A stretch of 58,183 bases of DNA from a virus (Duplodnaviria > Caudoviricetes): positions 1 through 58,183 of the IMG/VR virus record IMGVR_UViG_3300032156_000010, one strand, 5' to 3'. Shown piece by piece: positions 45,814 through 56,053 of this stretch; position 1 is the stretch's first letter; every line of letters begins with the position of its first letter. Position numbers and translations under genes: made by a program. The notes under the pieces were generated by a model. It worked only from the letters and a program-made list of their open reading frames with translations. It made no database searches and was not told the origin of the DNA.

Positions 45814-45820
45814 TGCTTAT

Positions 45821-45849
45821 ATAATAAGTATATCCATTAGTATTGTCAA
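45821..45849 (-). promoter_or_regulatory. leftward sigma70 promoter
   Basis: TTGACA (45849-44), 17 bp, TATTAT (45826-21). Confidence 0.8.
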
Positions 45850-45922
45850 GACTCTACAGACAATTTATGGAAAATAATCAACTCCGTAAGTTTCTTAAAT
45901 TAAAGGGGTTACGCTTTTTGGG

Positions 45923-45956
45923 TTGATTTTTATGCTAATCTATCTTATTTTATAAT
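45923..45956 (+). promoter_or_regulatory. putative rightward promoter
   Basis: AT-rich divergent region with TATAAT at 45951-56; -35 ambiguous. Confidence 0.5.
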
Positions 45957-45982
45957 AGATTGCCAGATAAAGGAGGCGTGGA

Positions 45983-46174
45983 ATGAGGCAGAAAATCGGG
46001 GAGCCCAAAAGCTCCACCATAACATTCACCCTTGAGCCCTCGCTGAGGGCCAGGTTGGAGACGCAGGCAAGGCAGGAGGGCCGGTCGGTGTCGAGCATGA
46101 TCAGACAGCTTGTGATGACCGCCCTCCATCGAGAAGTCCGCCCGCTCGAGACGCGGACTCCGGCTCCGAAATAA
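45983..46174 (+). CDS. ribbon-helix-helix (CopG/Arc-like) regulator
   Basis: ITFTLEPSLRARLETQARQEGRSVSSMIRQLV; RBS AAGGAGG. Confidence 0.88.
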   Translation: MRQKIGEPKSSTITFTLEPSLRARLETQARQEGRSVSSMIRQLVMTALHREVRPLETRTPAPK

Positions 46175-46178
46175 AGTT

Positions 46179-46547
46179 ATGGCATCGGCCAGGCCGAAGT
46201 GCCGCTTTATTTTTTGCCGAAAATCATTTATCCCAAAACGGCCTTGGCAGACATTCTGCCGATATAATCATCAAAAAGCCCAAGAGCGGTTTGAGCGCGG
46301 AGCGATAAATATTTTCTCAATCAACCTGCAGGCGCTAGCCGACTTTGTGGCTAAAGTGAAGGGGGTGAGAATCAGGGGAAGATCAGATTTTAAAATCAAG
46401 AAGTCGAGGAACAAAAAGGCCCCGGCCTTTTTGTCTCGAGTTGGGAGATCAAGGTCGGAGCGGGCCCCGGGGGGGCCGAAGAGGCGTGCTATCCACAAGG
46501 TAGGTTCCGGCCGGATGATTGTCAAGAGGGAGAAAAAAAATGATTGA
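46179..46547 (+). CDS. basic Zn-finger-like protein
   Basis: C....CRKSFIPKRPWQTFC. Confidence 0.5.
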   Translation: MASARPKCRFIFCRKSFIPKRPWQTFCRYNHQKAQERFERGAINIFSINLQALADFVAKVKGVRIRGRSDFKIKKSRNKKAPAFLSRVGRSRSERAPGGPKRRAIHKVGSGRMIVKREKKND

Positions 46548-47610
46548 TACAAAAAAAGAGCCGGGGCCGGGTCCGGTCGAATCTAGGCCTCCGGCTGCTC
46601 AGTCCATCGCCGAGCACACAGTGGGCGAGACGAAAACATCGACAGCCGCCGATTTTGGGAAAGTGTGGTTTGCTGTCGGGCCTGACGGCAAACTGCTCAA
46701 ACCGTTTGCCGCTTCGATCCGGCTATTCGAGCGTGCCGGCCATCTCTACAAGGTGCCGGGCGGAGGGAAGGCTGGCGATCGATGGGGGATCACCATGCCG
46801 GGTTACTCGGTGTTGAATAAGGTGGCGTCGGTATCGGTGTTGACTCCGCCCTGCGTGTCGTTCGGGGGCCGGGAGGTTTCAAATCCATATGTGGAAAGAA
46901 ACGCGGTCACCCGGGCGATCGAAAGCGTGATTATCCGCAAAGTCGCCTTGGGAATGACGCCGGTGGGAAACGTAGTCGTGATCGACAAGACCCTCTATTA
47001 CAACCCCTACACTTATTTCCTGCAATCCATCCAAGCGAAGGCCAGGAGAAAGGTGTGGGAGATGGGGAAGATGACCAACAAACTCGCCCACCCCGACGCC
47101 GCTCGGCTGGGCACCAAGGATGTCCAGCCCGAAGGGGCGACCGCTGGTCGATGGATTTTCAAGCCCATCGACGAGACGATCGGATATTGGATCAACATTG
47201 ATGACTCGGCCATTCAAGAAGTCATTGACGAGCACCTACAACGGCAGCGATTCGGTGATCGGATAGCGCAGACCATCTGCGCCCGCAACGCGCTCAAAGA
47301 CCATCCGGCCATCGCTGTTTCTCAGGTCCAGCCGGAATTCGTTTATCACAAGGTGTACGGTAAGGATAAGGAGGAGGCCTTCGCCGAGGTGTCCATCACG
47401 GTCTACGGATATCGACATGAGCTTGGTCGGGATACGCAGGAAAATATTATGCTCAGCCTGGTGATGCCCGGCACTTCTACCAGACCGCTTTCCGGGCCTG
47501 TCGAGCATAGGCGGGAAACTCTGCCTTCGCCGTTGCCCGAGGACGAGGCCTTTGCGCTCAAAGAGTCGGCCGAGGAAGAGGACGCGGAGCTCGGGCTGAA
47601 AAAGGAATGA
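46540..47610 (+). CDS. probable recombination (ssDNA-annealing-like) protein
   Basis: Adjacent to exonuclease, acidic C-terminal tail; family not recognised. Confidence 0.45.
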   Translation: MIDTKKEPGPGPVESRPPAAQSIAEHTVGETKTSTAADFGKVWFAVGPDGKLLKPFAASIRLFERAGHLYKVPGGGKAGDRWGITMPGYSVLNKVASVSVLTPPCVSFGGREVSNPYVERNAVTRAIESVIIRKVALGMTPVGNVVVIDKTLYYNPYTYFLQSIQAKARRKVWEMGKMTNKLAHPDAARLGTKDVQPEGATAGRWIFKPIDETIGYWINIDDSAIQEVIDEHLQRQRFGDRIAQTICARNALKDHPAIAVSQVQPEFVYHKVYGKDKEEAFAEVSITVYGYRHELGRDTQENIMLSLVMPGTSTRPLSGPVEHRRETLPSPLPEDEAFALKESAEEEDAELGLKKE

Positions 47611-48692
47611 CCCCGATGAGCACGCCGCAAGAATTATTTGAAGATATGACGGAGCCGGCCCGGCCCGGCGCCTCCCCGGCCGCGGAGCAGCGGTTCCCGG
47701 AGGGGCTGGCGGAATTGACGGTCGAAATCGAAGCGAAGCTTGACGAGCAGACTAGGCTTGACGAGGAGCGAGACCCCAGCGAGCCGATCGATCATTCGGC
47801 CTCAAATTGGGCGTCGGAAATCGGCCATCCCTGCCAGCGAATGCTTGTCTACGCGAGACTCAACTGGCGGGAGCGAAAACCGATCGATATCGCCGGTCTT
47901 TATAAAGTGCAAGAGGGCAAGCGGCAGGAGCGGGAGTTGAAACACAAACTCGAGCGAGCGGGTTTTGAGGTCGTGGAGGGCCAAGCCCGTTTCACCTGGC
48001 CGCAATTCGAGATTAGCGGCAAGATCGACGGCAAGCTCCGCCGTCCGCGCACCAAGGCGCTTTTCCCGCAGGAGACCAAATATATCAACCCCATGTTTTT
48101 TGATCAGATCAGAACGGTCGACGACCTGAAACGGAGCCGGAAGTGGTGGCTTCGAAAAATCCCCTCCCAATTAAACTGCTACCAATTTATGACGAATATC
48201 GAGGGGGGGATTTTGGCTTTGACGACGGCCGGGAGGAAACCCAAGATACTGCCCATGGCGATCGATTACGACCTGGCCGAGGCTGATACTCGAAGGGCGG
48301 AGGCTATCAACGCCCATGTTGCGGCCGGCACCTATCCCGCGCCCATTCCCCACGATGCCTCGATCTGCGGCCTTTGCCCATTCGATCACCTCTGCCCGCA
48401 ACTCAAGGTGAAGGGCGCCGATTGGACGGAGCTCACGGATGACGATTATTGGGAACTCAAACTCATGCTCCATCTTGAGGAGCAGGGCAAAAAGGGAGAC
48501 AAGATCAAGGCCGAATTAATCGGAACCGAGAAAAAGCCGGGGAGGTTTTTCGGCCGGAATGCCCTGATGAACGATATCGAGATTGTATCGAGGAAGCGAG
48601 GGCAGACCACTTTCAACATCCCGGCCGAGATCAAAGAGCCCTATAAGAAGGTCGGCGAGATCACCGTGACGTCCGTCGAGATAACCGAATGA
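47607..48692 (+). CDS. Cas4-like PD-(D/E)xK exonuclease
   Basis: WASEIGHPC.R, ISGKIDG, ETK, QLNCY, CGLCPFDHLCP. Confidence 0.85.
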   Translation: MTPMSTPQELFEDMTEPARPGASPAAEQRFPEGLAELTVEIEAKLDEQTRLDEERDPSEPIDHSASNWASEIGHPCQRMLVYARLNWRERKPIDIAGLYKVQEGKRQERELKHKLERAGFEVVEGQARFTWPQFEISGKIDGKLRRPRTKALFPQETKYINPMFFDQIRTVDDLKRSRKWWLRKIPSQLNCYQFMTNIEGGILALTTAGRKPKILPMAIDYDLAEADTRRAEAINAHVAAGTYPAPIPHDASICGLCPFDHLCPQLKVKGADWTELTDDDYWELKLMLHLEEQGKKGDKIKAELIGTEKKPGRFFGRNALMNDIEIVSRKRGQTTFNIPAEIKEPYKKVGEITVTSVEITE

Positions 48693-48728
48693 AACACGGG
48701 AATTTATGAAATACACCAGGAGGGCACC

Positions 48729-49547
48729 TTGAAAAGAGGGCGCTCATACGATTGGATCCCGTTGTGGGTCAAGAAGTGGCTCTGGGGTTCGACCCGCCAT
48801 GAACTCAAGCATGACGAGCGGGCAATCTTTATCGACCTGTTGGCCCTAGCCTCGCAGGACGACGGCTACATCAGGGCCAGCGAGACAATCCCTTATCCGC
48901 TTTATCAGCTTGCCGGGATGCTACAGGCCGAACCCGAGCTCGTCCAGAGGACTATCGATAAATGTCTCAGGGAGGACATAAAAAAACTTGAGAGAAAGGA
49001 AAACGGCACTCTCTATATTATCAATTGGGAGGAATATTGTCTGGCCCCAGGTTACAAAAGAGCGGTGACTGCTTCAACAAAAGCGGATACCGCTTCTCCT
49101 AAAGCGGTTACCGCGGCTACGTCTCTGTATAAGTATAAGTCTCAGTATCTGTCTCTGTCTTTTATTCAAGAACATAAGAACGTCCTCACGGAGGAGCAGA
49201 TCAAGCCCTCCAATAATGCCCGGCGATTAGTCGCGGAGCTTATCATCCTCATGGAACGGAACGATCCAAGAAGCAGGACGCTGAGGAACCTGACGGAGCG
49301 GAGGCGCGAGGCGTGGGAGAGGGAGGCGTGGCGGATTGTGGCGCTTGACGGCTATACCTTTGAACAGGCGCTGTGGCTGTTAAGGTGGTGCCAGGAGGAC
49401 GCCTTCTGGCGAGGCAATATCCTGTCCATGCCGAAATTCCGCGAGAAGTTCGATCAGCTGAAACTCCATGCCGCGCGGAAGCATGGCCCTTCGGCGGCCT
49501 ACGAATGGCTGAAAGAAAAACGGGAAAAGGAGGAAAAAATAAAATGA
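48729..49547 (+). CDS. replication initiator (replisome organiser, lambda O-like)
   Basis: WIPLW...IFIDLLALA, LYIINWEEY, C-terminal W...DAFWRGNILSMPKFREKFDQL; internal iterons. Confidence 0.85.
   Translation: MKRGRSYDWIPLWVKKWLWGSTRHELKHDERAIFIDLLALASQDDGYIRASETIPYPLYQLAGMLQAEPELVQRTIDKCLREDIKKLERKENGTLYIINWEEYCLAPGYKRAVTASTKADTASPKAVTAATSLYKYKSQYLSLSFIQEHKNVLTEEQIKPSNNARRLVAELIILMERNDPRSRTLRNLTERRREAWEREAWRIVALDGYTFEQALWLLRWCQEDAFWRGNILSMPKFREKFDQLKLHAARKHGPSAAYEWLKEKREKEEKIK
49061..49160. other. putative replication origin (iterons within initiator gene)
   Basis: Three AGCGG-N3-CYGC quasi-palindromes at 21-bp period followed by a low-complexity tract. Confidence 0.7.
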
Positions 49548-50056
49548 TAGAGGACGTGGTTTTCGCACAACTTATGAGACGCCTCGAGCGGGCTTTCCCG
49601 ACCGTCAAATTGACGAAGGAGGTGGTCGATCTATATTGGGATTTTTTGAATGACGTTAACGAGGACGCCCTAATCCAGGCCGTGAGTTTTATGATTGCCA
49701 CCCGAAAGGACCCCCGCTTTCCGACCGTCGGTGAGCTCCGGGCGGCCGTCTTCGGTTCTCTCGAGCTCAAGGCGATCGAAGCCTGGGGGCAGGCGAAAGA
49801 CCCGAAGTTCACCCGGCACCGCATGGAGGAGGAGGGGCCAGAGAACGAGGACGATCAGCTCGTCCGCAAGGTTATCAGGACGGCCTGGGGCAGGGAACAG
49901 CATTTCGGCCGGGCGGAGGTGAATGAGGCCGCTGATCGACGGGCCTTTATCGACACCTATAAGCTGGTGGCGGTCCGGGAGAGGAAGGCGCCGGAACAGC
50001 GGTTGTTGTCGGCGAAACAATTTTTTCTCGACATAGGACAAAAAAAGGAGGAATGA
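49544..50056 (+). CDS. helicase loader/inhibitor-like protein
   Basis: YWDFLND...FPTVGELR...AIEAW...RRAFIDTY; follows initiator. Confidence 0.65.
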   Translation: MIEDVVFAQLMRRLERAFPTVKLTKEVVDLYWDFLNDVNEDALIQAVSFMIATRKDPRFPTVGELRAAVFGSLELKAIEAWGQAKDPKFTRHRMEEEGPENEDDQLVRKVIRTAWGREQHFGRAEVNEAADRRAFIDTYKLVAVRERKAPEQRLLSAKQFFLDIGQKKEE

Positions 50057-50910
50057 AAAATGATTACGAACGAGCGGATTTTCTAGTCATGGGCGATCCC
50101 ATCAAATTTGAATCAGAGGGAGAGGGGCGACGGACGCCATGGGGGCAACTTGTTCGTTATCTTAAAGGCGTCTCTCCGCTAAAATGGCGGCAGGCAATCA
50201 CGAGGATTGTCGCCTCATTGATCGGAGCGGCCGGTATCGCCGGAATTATTTATTTCGGGAATCAGTGGCGATACGCGGATTTGAAAGCAGACCTGGCGGC
50301 ACTCACCATGAACGTCAGCGGCATGATGGATGACAATGCCGGGGCCGAACGGGAGCTCCGTGCCGCGCTCGATGTGGCTTCGATCTTGGCAACGGATTCG
50401 CGAAATAAAATCAGCTTGCCAAAGGCGGTCGAGACGGCGAGGGTCATTCGCCGGAAATGTATCGCCTATGGCCCGGCCTACGGATTGGATGAAGCCAGGG
50501 TGCTGGCGGTCGGAGAGCGGGAGACGGATGGATTCGACCCGCGGGCAAGGTCATCGACGGGCGCCTTGGGTCTCATGCAGGTTGTGGGGACAACGTACAG
50601 GAAACACCTGGCAAGAATCGGGATGGCCGATAAATTCACCGAGGAGCTTGCCTTCGATCCGGCCGCTAACGTCGAGATCGCCATCGAGGAGTTAATTGAA
50701 CAGCGACGCACGTTCCAGCCGATCGAGAAGGACTCCTGGCTCTTGACCTTGACGGCCTACCGCTGGGGCCCAGGCGAGGCGCAGAAGCTGATCAGTCACA
50801 TGATCGGCGGGCAGACGACGAGCCTCGAGTATGCCGTGAATGTCGAGCAGCGGGCTGACCGCTGGCGGAAAAAACTGGCCGAGATCCGGGCGGGGAGGGT
50901 GAGACAATGA
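50053..50910 (+). CDS. membrane-anchored lytic transglycosylase (SLT)
   Basis: TM helix; ET..FDPRARSSTGALGLMQV, FDPAANV, LTAY..G. Confidence 0.85.
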   Translation: MKNDYERADFLVMGDPIKFESEGEGRRTPWGQLVRYLKGVSPLKWRQAITRIVASLIGAAGIAGIIYFGNQWRYADLKADLAALTMNVSGMMDDNAGAERELRAALDVASILATDSRNKISLPKAVETARVIRRKCIAYGPAYGLDEARVLAVGERETDGFDPRARSSTGALGLMQVVGTTYRKHLARIGMADKFTEELAFDPAANVEIAIEELIEQRRTFQPIEKDSWLLTLTAYRWGPGEAQKLISHMIGGQTTSLEYAVNVEQRADRWRKKLAEIRAGRVRQ

Positions 50911-51197
50911 AATACTGGGGCATGCCTGGCCCGGGAGGAAGCTTGGGCAAGTGTGCGGTCTGCGGCAAGCCCTTCCTGGTGGAAATCTTGATGGGGCAGC
51001 CCGTCCAATCATTCAAGATCAAAGGCATTGCGGAGATGCTCTATGCTCACCAAAAGTGCGCCGATCTGTTGAAGAAAATCATGGATAGCGATGCGAAGGA
51101 CTGGCGGGAATTACCAGGGGGGCCGCTACGGACGGCATTTGAGGAACAGGAAAAAACGGGGCCGATGGCCGAGGAGGGGGAGGGTGAAAGCAAATAA
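50907..51197 (+). CDS. small Zn-binding protein
   Basis: CAVC...HQKC...W..LP.GPLR. Confidence 0.6.
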   Translation: MKYWGMPGPGGSLGKCAVCGKPFLVEILMGQPVQSFKIKGIAEMLYAHQKCADLLKKIMDSDAKDWRELPGGPLRTAFEEQEKTGPMAEEGEGESK

Positions 51198-52406
51198 ATG
51201 GCAAAATTGTTTTTTGTGTCCTTCGCGTGGCCCAGGTCGATGGTGCTGGGAATTAAAAGCGGTACTTGATGACATGGATTTTGATAAAATTCACCCCTCC
51301 TGTCCCCTTCCCGACTGGCCGAGTGTGAGCAAAAAAGATATTGAAAATTGGATTGATGAACTTTGGCAAGAAGCCATTGAAAAAGATGGAGCGATTAAAT
51401 TTTTAATTAATCAAATCCGCTCCCTCGGCATCATCATAACCGAGCCGGATAAGGAGGTGCCGAGATGACTATTGCAATTGATATTTTACGGGAACATCTT
51501 ATAGGAGCCAAAAATCCTGACGAGTGGTCTGTTATTCAAGATGCAATAAATTATTTATCAATGAGGGATGATTTTATTCAGTTAGTTTTTAAAACAAGAC
51601 ATCAAATGGCTGAATTTTTGGACGCTTGGCCGGAGATAAAGCCGAAGGAGGTGCCGCATGACTAAACAAGAACGGCTGGATTCGTTTGACGAGATGTGGG
51701 CGTCGGCCGCAATAGGAGAAACCTGGAAACTGCACGACCGAATCCGCTCTCTCATCTCCGCCCACGGCGGGGAGGCCGAACAGAAGCGGATGGTGAATAG
51801 ATTAGATTTTGACGAATGGGTTGATTTTTTGTGGCACTCATTAGATCGAAAAGATCACAGTCTTTTGGGAAGAAGATTGGAATATATTCTTTCTCATCTT
51901 GGCTTTGAGATAAGGGAGAGAACATGAGCTTCGTCGAGGTGGGGGATGAGGAAAGGGAAATTTTGGCTGGTCACATTATGTGTGATTTTGAATTTGACCA
52001 AGAAATATCCCCAATAAAACCATGTCCTCTCTGCCAGCGAATCCGCGTCCTCATCCGGCAGAAGCGGATGATGAGCAGGGAGCAAATAGAGGAGTGGGGA
52101 AGAGAGCTTTATGAGGAGGCCAGGTTTATCGGTTCCTGTCGGCCTAAATTAAAATCGATTCTCTCCGATCTCGGCTATGAGATAGTGGGATTGAGAGCGA
52201 GAAGTTTTTATATTACGTTTGGGCAAATTCACGTTCATTCAATCGAGGGCAAAACGTTTGATAAAGATTGTGTGGCAAAAATTCAAGAAAAGGACTTCGA
52301 CAAAGCACGCGAAAAAGCCATGATCATTTTCAAGGGAAAATTTTGTTTTTTATATGAAGAAATTCCCGATATGAGTTATTACCCGCGCGGGATTATCGAG
52401 ATTTAG
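51184..52406 (+). other. four small AT-richer ORFs (51184-51468, 51465-51665, 51658-51927, 51924-52406), three sharing a helical motif
   Basis: Overlapping starts/stops, strong RBSs, shared ..W...L(W/Y)...(I/L)..LG..I motif. Confidence 0.65.
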
Positions 52407-52439
52407 AGAGGGCGGCGATGTCCGATAAGAGGAGGGGAG

Positions 52440-53210
52440 ATGAAAAACAGGAAGGCTAAACTCACCATGATTTTTGATACGAGTCCGCATGGCAAAGTTT
52501 TGACCTGCGGATATGAGGCCTTTCCCGGTATCTGCGGTAGCATCAATTTCGAAATAACTCCCAAACTTAGAATCCGTTGTTCTGATTGTGGCCGGATCGT
52601 GGGTTATGCCAAACGATCAACAGTGGCGCCCCGGGGCGAGGCCGCGCAGCACGAAGACGATGAAAAAAAATAGCCTATGGGTTCTGCTGGAGCGGTTCCT
52701 GGAGAAAGACCCAGCCATGTTCAAGTGCTTGTTCAAGCATGTCGTCATCGGGGAGCTTCGTCGGCATGGTGTCAGCACGGTCGACCTGAGTATGGGCCTA
52801 GACGACAAGGGGGGCCTGTGGATGAAGGCCGATTATTGGGACAAGGGCATCATTTTCAAGGATGGACCGGTAGCGTTCCTGTCCCTGCTTGGCGAATTGA
52901 AAGGCTGTGGCAACCCGGCCGTTTTTTGGGCCGCGGTATCTCCGATTGAAGAAAAAAAGAGAGGATGAACAGGATGACAACTAGAACCCGGCTGATGGAA
53001 ACGGTCGCCTTGCTGGCGCTTACGGCGACATTCACCAAAAAATACAGCTTCGGGCAGCTAGGAATGGGCTTACAGCGGGATTACGATCCTCGAGGCCAAT
53101 TGAGCCCTGGCCCGGGAAATCCGCGAGTTGTGCGGGCGCCTGGTCCGACGGAATCGCGGCCGCTCGTGAAACCGATTCTAAAAATCCCCGGGCGGAGAAA
53201 AAATAGATGA
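52440..53210 (+). other. three small hypothetical ORFs (52440-52673, 52660-52968, 52965-53210)
   Basis: Translationally coupled ORFs with RBSs. Confidence 0.5.
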
Positions 53211-53239
53211 GATCAAAAATCAAAAGGAGGAAAAATCAA

Positions 53240-54940
53240 ATGGGCAAAGAAAGTTCTGTCGAAGTCGGAGCGGGAATCCTTTCGGACATCCCGCTGGATC
53301 AGATCGCAACGAATCCCTTGAATCCCCGGTTGAATATCACCGGGGGCGAGGCATTCGCAGACCTGGTGAAGTCTGTAAAGATCAAGGGCGTGATCGTCCC
53401 AATCATTGTGAGGCTGTTAAAGAGCGTGACGTATCCCTATCAGCTCGTGGTCGGGGAACGGCGTTTCCATGCGGCTCGGGCAGCCGGGCGTGCCACCGTC
53501 CCTGCTTTCATCCGAGAGTTGACGGATGGCGAAGCCTATGAAATCATGCTCATCGAAAACCTGCAACGGCAGGATCTCACGGAGCGCGAGGAGGCCAATA
53601 CCTTCAAAGCCTTCGAGGGGGCCCACGGTAGCATCCAGACCCTCTCTGAAAAGACGGGTGTCAGCCCGCGCTATATCCGGGCTCGGATCGCGGTACTGGC
53701 GCTGCCGGACTTCCTCCTGGTGGCCTGGGAGAAGGGCGTGCTCAAATACGACCATCTGGAACAATTCCTAAAGCTACAAGGCCAGACGGAGCGGATGAAA
53801 CTCCTATTCCGCCGGGTCAAGGATCAAAGTCTTTCTGCCGTCCAGATGAAAAAAGATATTGGAGAGGAGCGGATCCCCCTGAGTATGGCCCTCTTCGATG
53901 TCAAAAAATCGTGTGCCGAATGTCGTTCAAACTCCGCCGTGCAGAAAGACCTGTTCGGGCTCGGAGATTCAAAGAAAATCGCCTGCTTCGATCCAAAATG
54001 TTTTAAGGCCCAACAGGGGCGGTGGCTCACCGCCCACTGGTCTGAAACAGCGGAAGGGAAAAAGTACGGGACGAAAGGCGTCCGGTTTGACGATGAGATT
54101 CGTTGGAATGAAAAAGAGGCCTTCAAGAGCAGTGGACCCGTTCCCAAAAAATGCCTCGAGTGTATGCAATTCGCTTCTCTCGTCTGGTTGAACGGCAAGA
54201 TCAGGCATGAATATGGTGACGCCCGCGTCTGCATTGGAAACAAACCGTGTTTCAAGGCCGTTCAAAAAGAGATGATAGCTTCGACCCGAGGGAAGAAAAA
54301 GGGAGTAATCGCCGGCGCCATCGGCAGTGGACCGCGGGTCGCCTGGCATGGCGAGTATTTCCGCAACGCGTTTTATAAAAAAAGAGTGCCGGAAGTGCTG
54401 GCCGGGATGAAGGCCGAAGACCCGAAGCTCAAGACCCTGCTCGTCGCCTGCCTAATCCACACCAACGGCTATGCGCTCGATGCCGCGGCGAAGGCGCTCC
54501 AAACAAAAAATTACACATCAAAGGCCGACCTGATGAAAAAATTGTTTGCCCAGCCCTACGAGAAGGCCGTGGCCCCGCTTTTCGCGAAGATCGTGGAGGC
54601 CATGTTTGACGAGGGTCAGAACGTGGGGGAGCGGAACGGTCTCGGGTCCAGCTGCCGGCGCGAGATCGGCAATTTCCTTGGTATCAACCTGGCGAAGGAA
54701 TGGGCCCCCACAGAGGAATACTTCCAGAAAAAAACGACCAAGGAGATATTGGCCTTCGGGAAGAAATCCGGTCTGTTTGCTGAGCCCAAGGTGAAAGAAT
54801 ACCTGGCGAAGACGATGAAGAAGAAGCCGGATTCGTTTGACAGGCTGAAGAAGTCAGAGCTCATCACTCTTCTCCTCAAATCCGGCGTGACCCTTGTTGG
54901 TCGAGTCCCCGACGAAATTATTAAAGCCCAAGAGGTGTGA
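53240..54940 (+). CDS. ParB/Spo0J-family protein with long Cys-rich C-terminal extension
   Basis: NPLNPR, GVIVPIIVR, YQLVVGERRFHAA, LIENLQRQDLT..EEA. Confidence 0.9.
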   Translation: MGKESSVEVGAGILSDIPLDQIATNPLNPRLNITGGEAFADLVKSVKIKGVIVPIIVRLLKSVTYPYQLVVGERRFHAARAAGRATVPAFIRELTDGEAYEIMLIENLQRQDLTEREEANTFKAFEGAHGSIQTLSEKTGVSPRYIRARIAVLALPDFLLVAWEKGVLKYDHLEQFLKLQGQTERMKLLFRRVKDQSLSAVQMKKDIGEERIPLSMALFDVKKSCAECRSNSAVQKDLFGLGDSKKIACFDPKCFKAQQGRWLTAHWSETAEGKKYGTKGVRFDDEIRWNEKEAFKSSGPVPKKCLECMQFASLVWLNGKIRHEYGDARVCIGNKPCFKAVQKEMIASTRGKKKGVIAGAIGSGPRVAWHGEYFRNAFYKKRVPEVLAGMKAEDPKLKTLLVACLIHTNGYALDAAAKALQTKNYTSKADLMKKLFAQPYEKAVAPLFAKIVEAMFDEGQNVGERNGLGSSCRREIGNFLGINLAKEWAPTEEYFQKKTTKEILAFGKKSGLFAEPKVKEYLAKTMKKKPDSFDRLKKSELITLLLKSGVTLVGRVPDEIIKAQEV

Positions 54941-54941
54941 T

Positions 54942-55358
54942 ATGTTAAGCACGATAACCTATTGCGTGAAGCGACTCTTGGAAAAAGGGGTCGAGGCGTG
55001 GCGTCATGACGGCCTCCGGCTTTCCGACCCGCCGGTAAGGGTGAAGCACATCGTGTATCATTCGCCGGACGGCTTTGAGTGCGGATACGGCGGGAGCGGG
55101 CCGGCGGACCTGGCTCTGTCCATCCTGGCTGATTTCACCGACGAGACGGAGCGTAACCCGCGCCGGGATCGCCCGGGCGTCGCCATGAGGAATCATCAGG
55201 AATTCAAGTGGCGGTTCATCGCCGGCTTGTCTCTCAGGCCGGGAGAAGAAAAATATATCGGGGGCAATGATATCGCGGCCATGCTCGATCAGATAGAACC
55301 GGAATGGAGATCGGAAAAACCGAAAGGAAAAGAGAATGGGGATGAACACGCCTCCTGA
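54942..55358 (+). CDS. DUF6166-like protein
   Basis: HSPDGFECGYGGSGPADLALSILAD...HQEFKWRFIA. Confidence 0.8.
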   Translation: MLSTITYCVKRLLEKGVEAWRHDGLRLSDPPVRVKHIVYHSPDGFECGYGGSGPADLALSILADFTDETERNPRRDRPGVAMRNHQEFKWRFIAGLSLRPGEEKYIGGNDIAAMLDQIEPEWRSEKPKGKENGDEHAS

Positions 55359-55752
55359 AAAATGGGTCGAGATCTCCGACCTGGTGGAAAAGATCGGCGA
55401 GGATTTAAGCGCGATGATGAAGACACTCTATTCCCTCAGTAATTTGTTTGCCTATCTCGCCGGGCTTCTTAACACGCCGGAAATGCGGGCCGCCCTCTCG
55501 GAGCTCCGCCGGGAGGACCAGACAAGTGGATCGTTGGAGATCGAGGATGAGGAAGCCGAGAAGTATATCAAACTGGCCGGTTACGAGACGATCAACGCCA
55601 TCCTCGAGGATGGAACATCCGGCTGGCTAAAATTGAATGCCGCCCTCATTCTTTCTGAACGTATAACCGTTGATGATTTTCGCGAGGCTAGGGATTCGAT
55701 CATCCGGGCCCTAAAAAAGAAGGGCCTTGAATTTGGGCCGACACGGCCCTGA
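55342..55752 (+). CDS. hypothetical protein
   Basis: Operon context. Confidence 0.55.
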   Translation: MNTPPEKWVEISDLVEKIGEDLSAMMKTLYSLSNLFAYLAGLLNTPEMRAALSELRREDQTSGSLEIEDEEAEKYIKLAGYETINAILEDGTSGWLKLNAALILSERITVDDFREARDSIIRALKKKGLEFGPTRP

Positions 55753-55765
55753 AAGGAGAAGGAAT

Positions 55766-56050
55766 ATGGACGTAGCGGTATTAGCAGCAGCCGTCGTGTT
55801 GGGCGTCCAGGTTATTAAGACCGGGTTGAAAGAGTTGGGGCTGATCGTCCAAGGATGGGGAGCTGTCCTCTTGGCGATCTTGGCTTCGGCGGCCGTCGTC
55901 TCCTTTGAGGCGGTTCACCAGGTGATACCTTTTAACCTGGCCCTCTTTTGGATCTTCGCCCAGGTCGCCTTTTTCGCGGCTACCGGCAAGGCGTTCTTGA
56001 GCTACACCATCAATAAGCTCAAGGCGCCAACGCTTCCTCCGGTACCCTGA
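55766..56050 (+). CDS. holin-like multi-TM membrane protein
   Basis: Hydrophobic helices; RBS. Confidence 0.55.
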   Translation: MDVAVLAAAVVLGVQVIKTGLKELGLIVQGWGAVLLAILASAAVVSFEAVHQVIPFNLALFWIFAQVAFFAATGKAFLSYTINKLKAPTLPPVP

Positions 56051-56053
56051 CTA

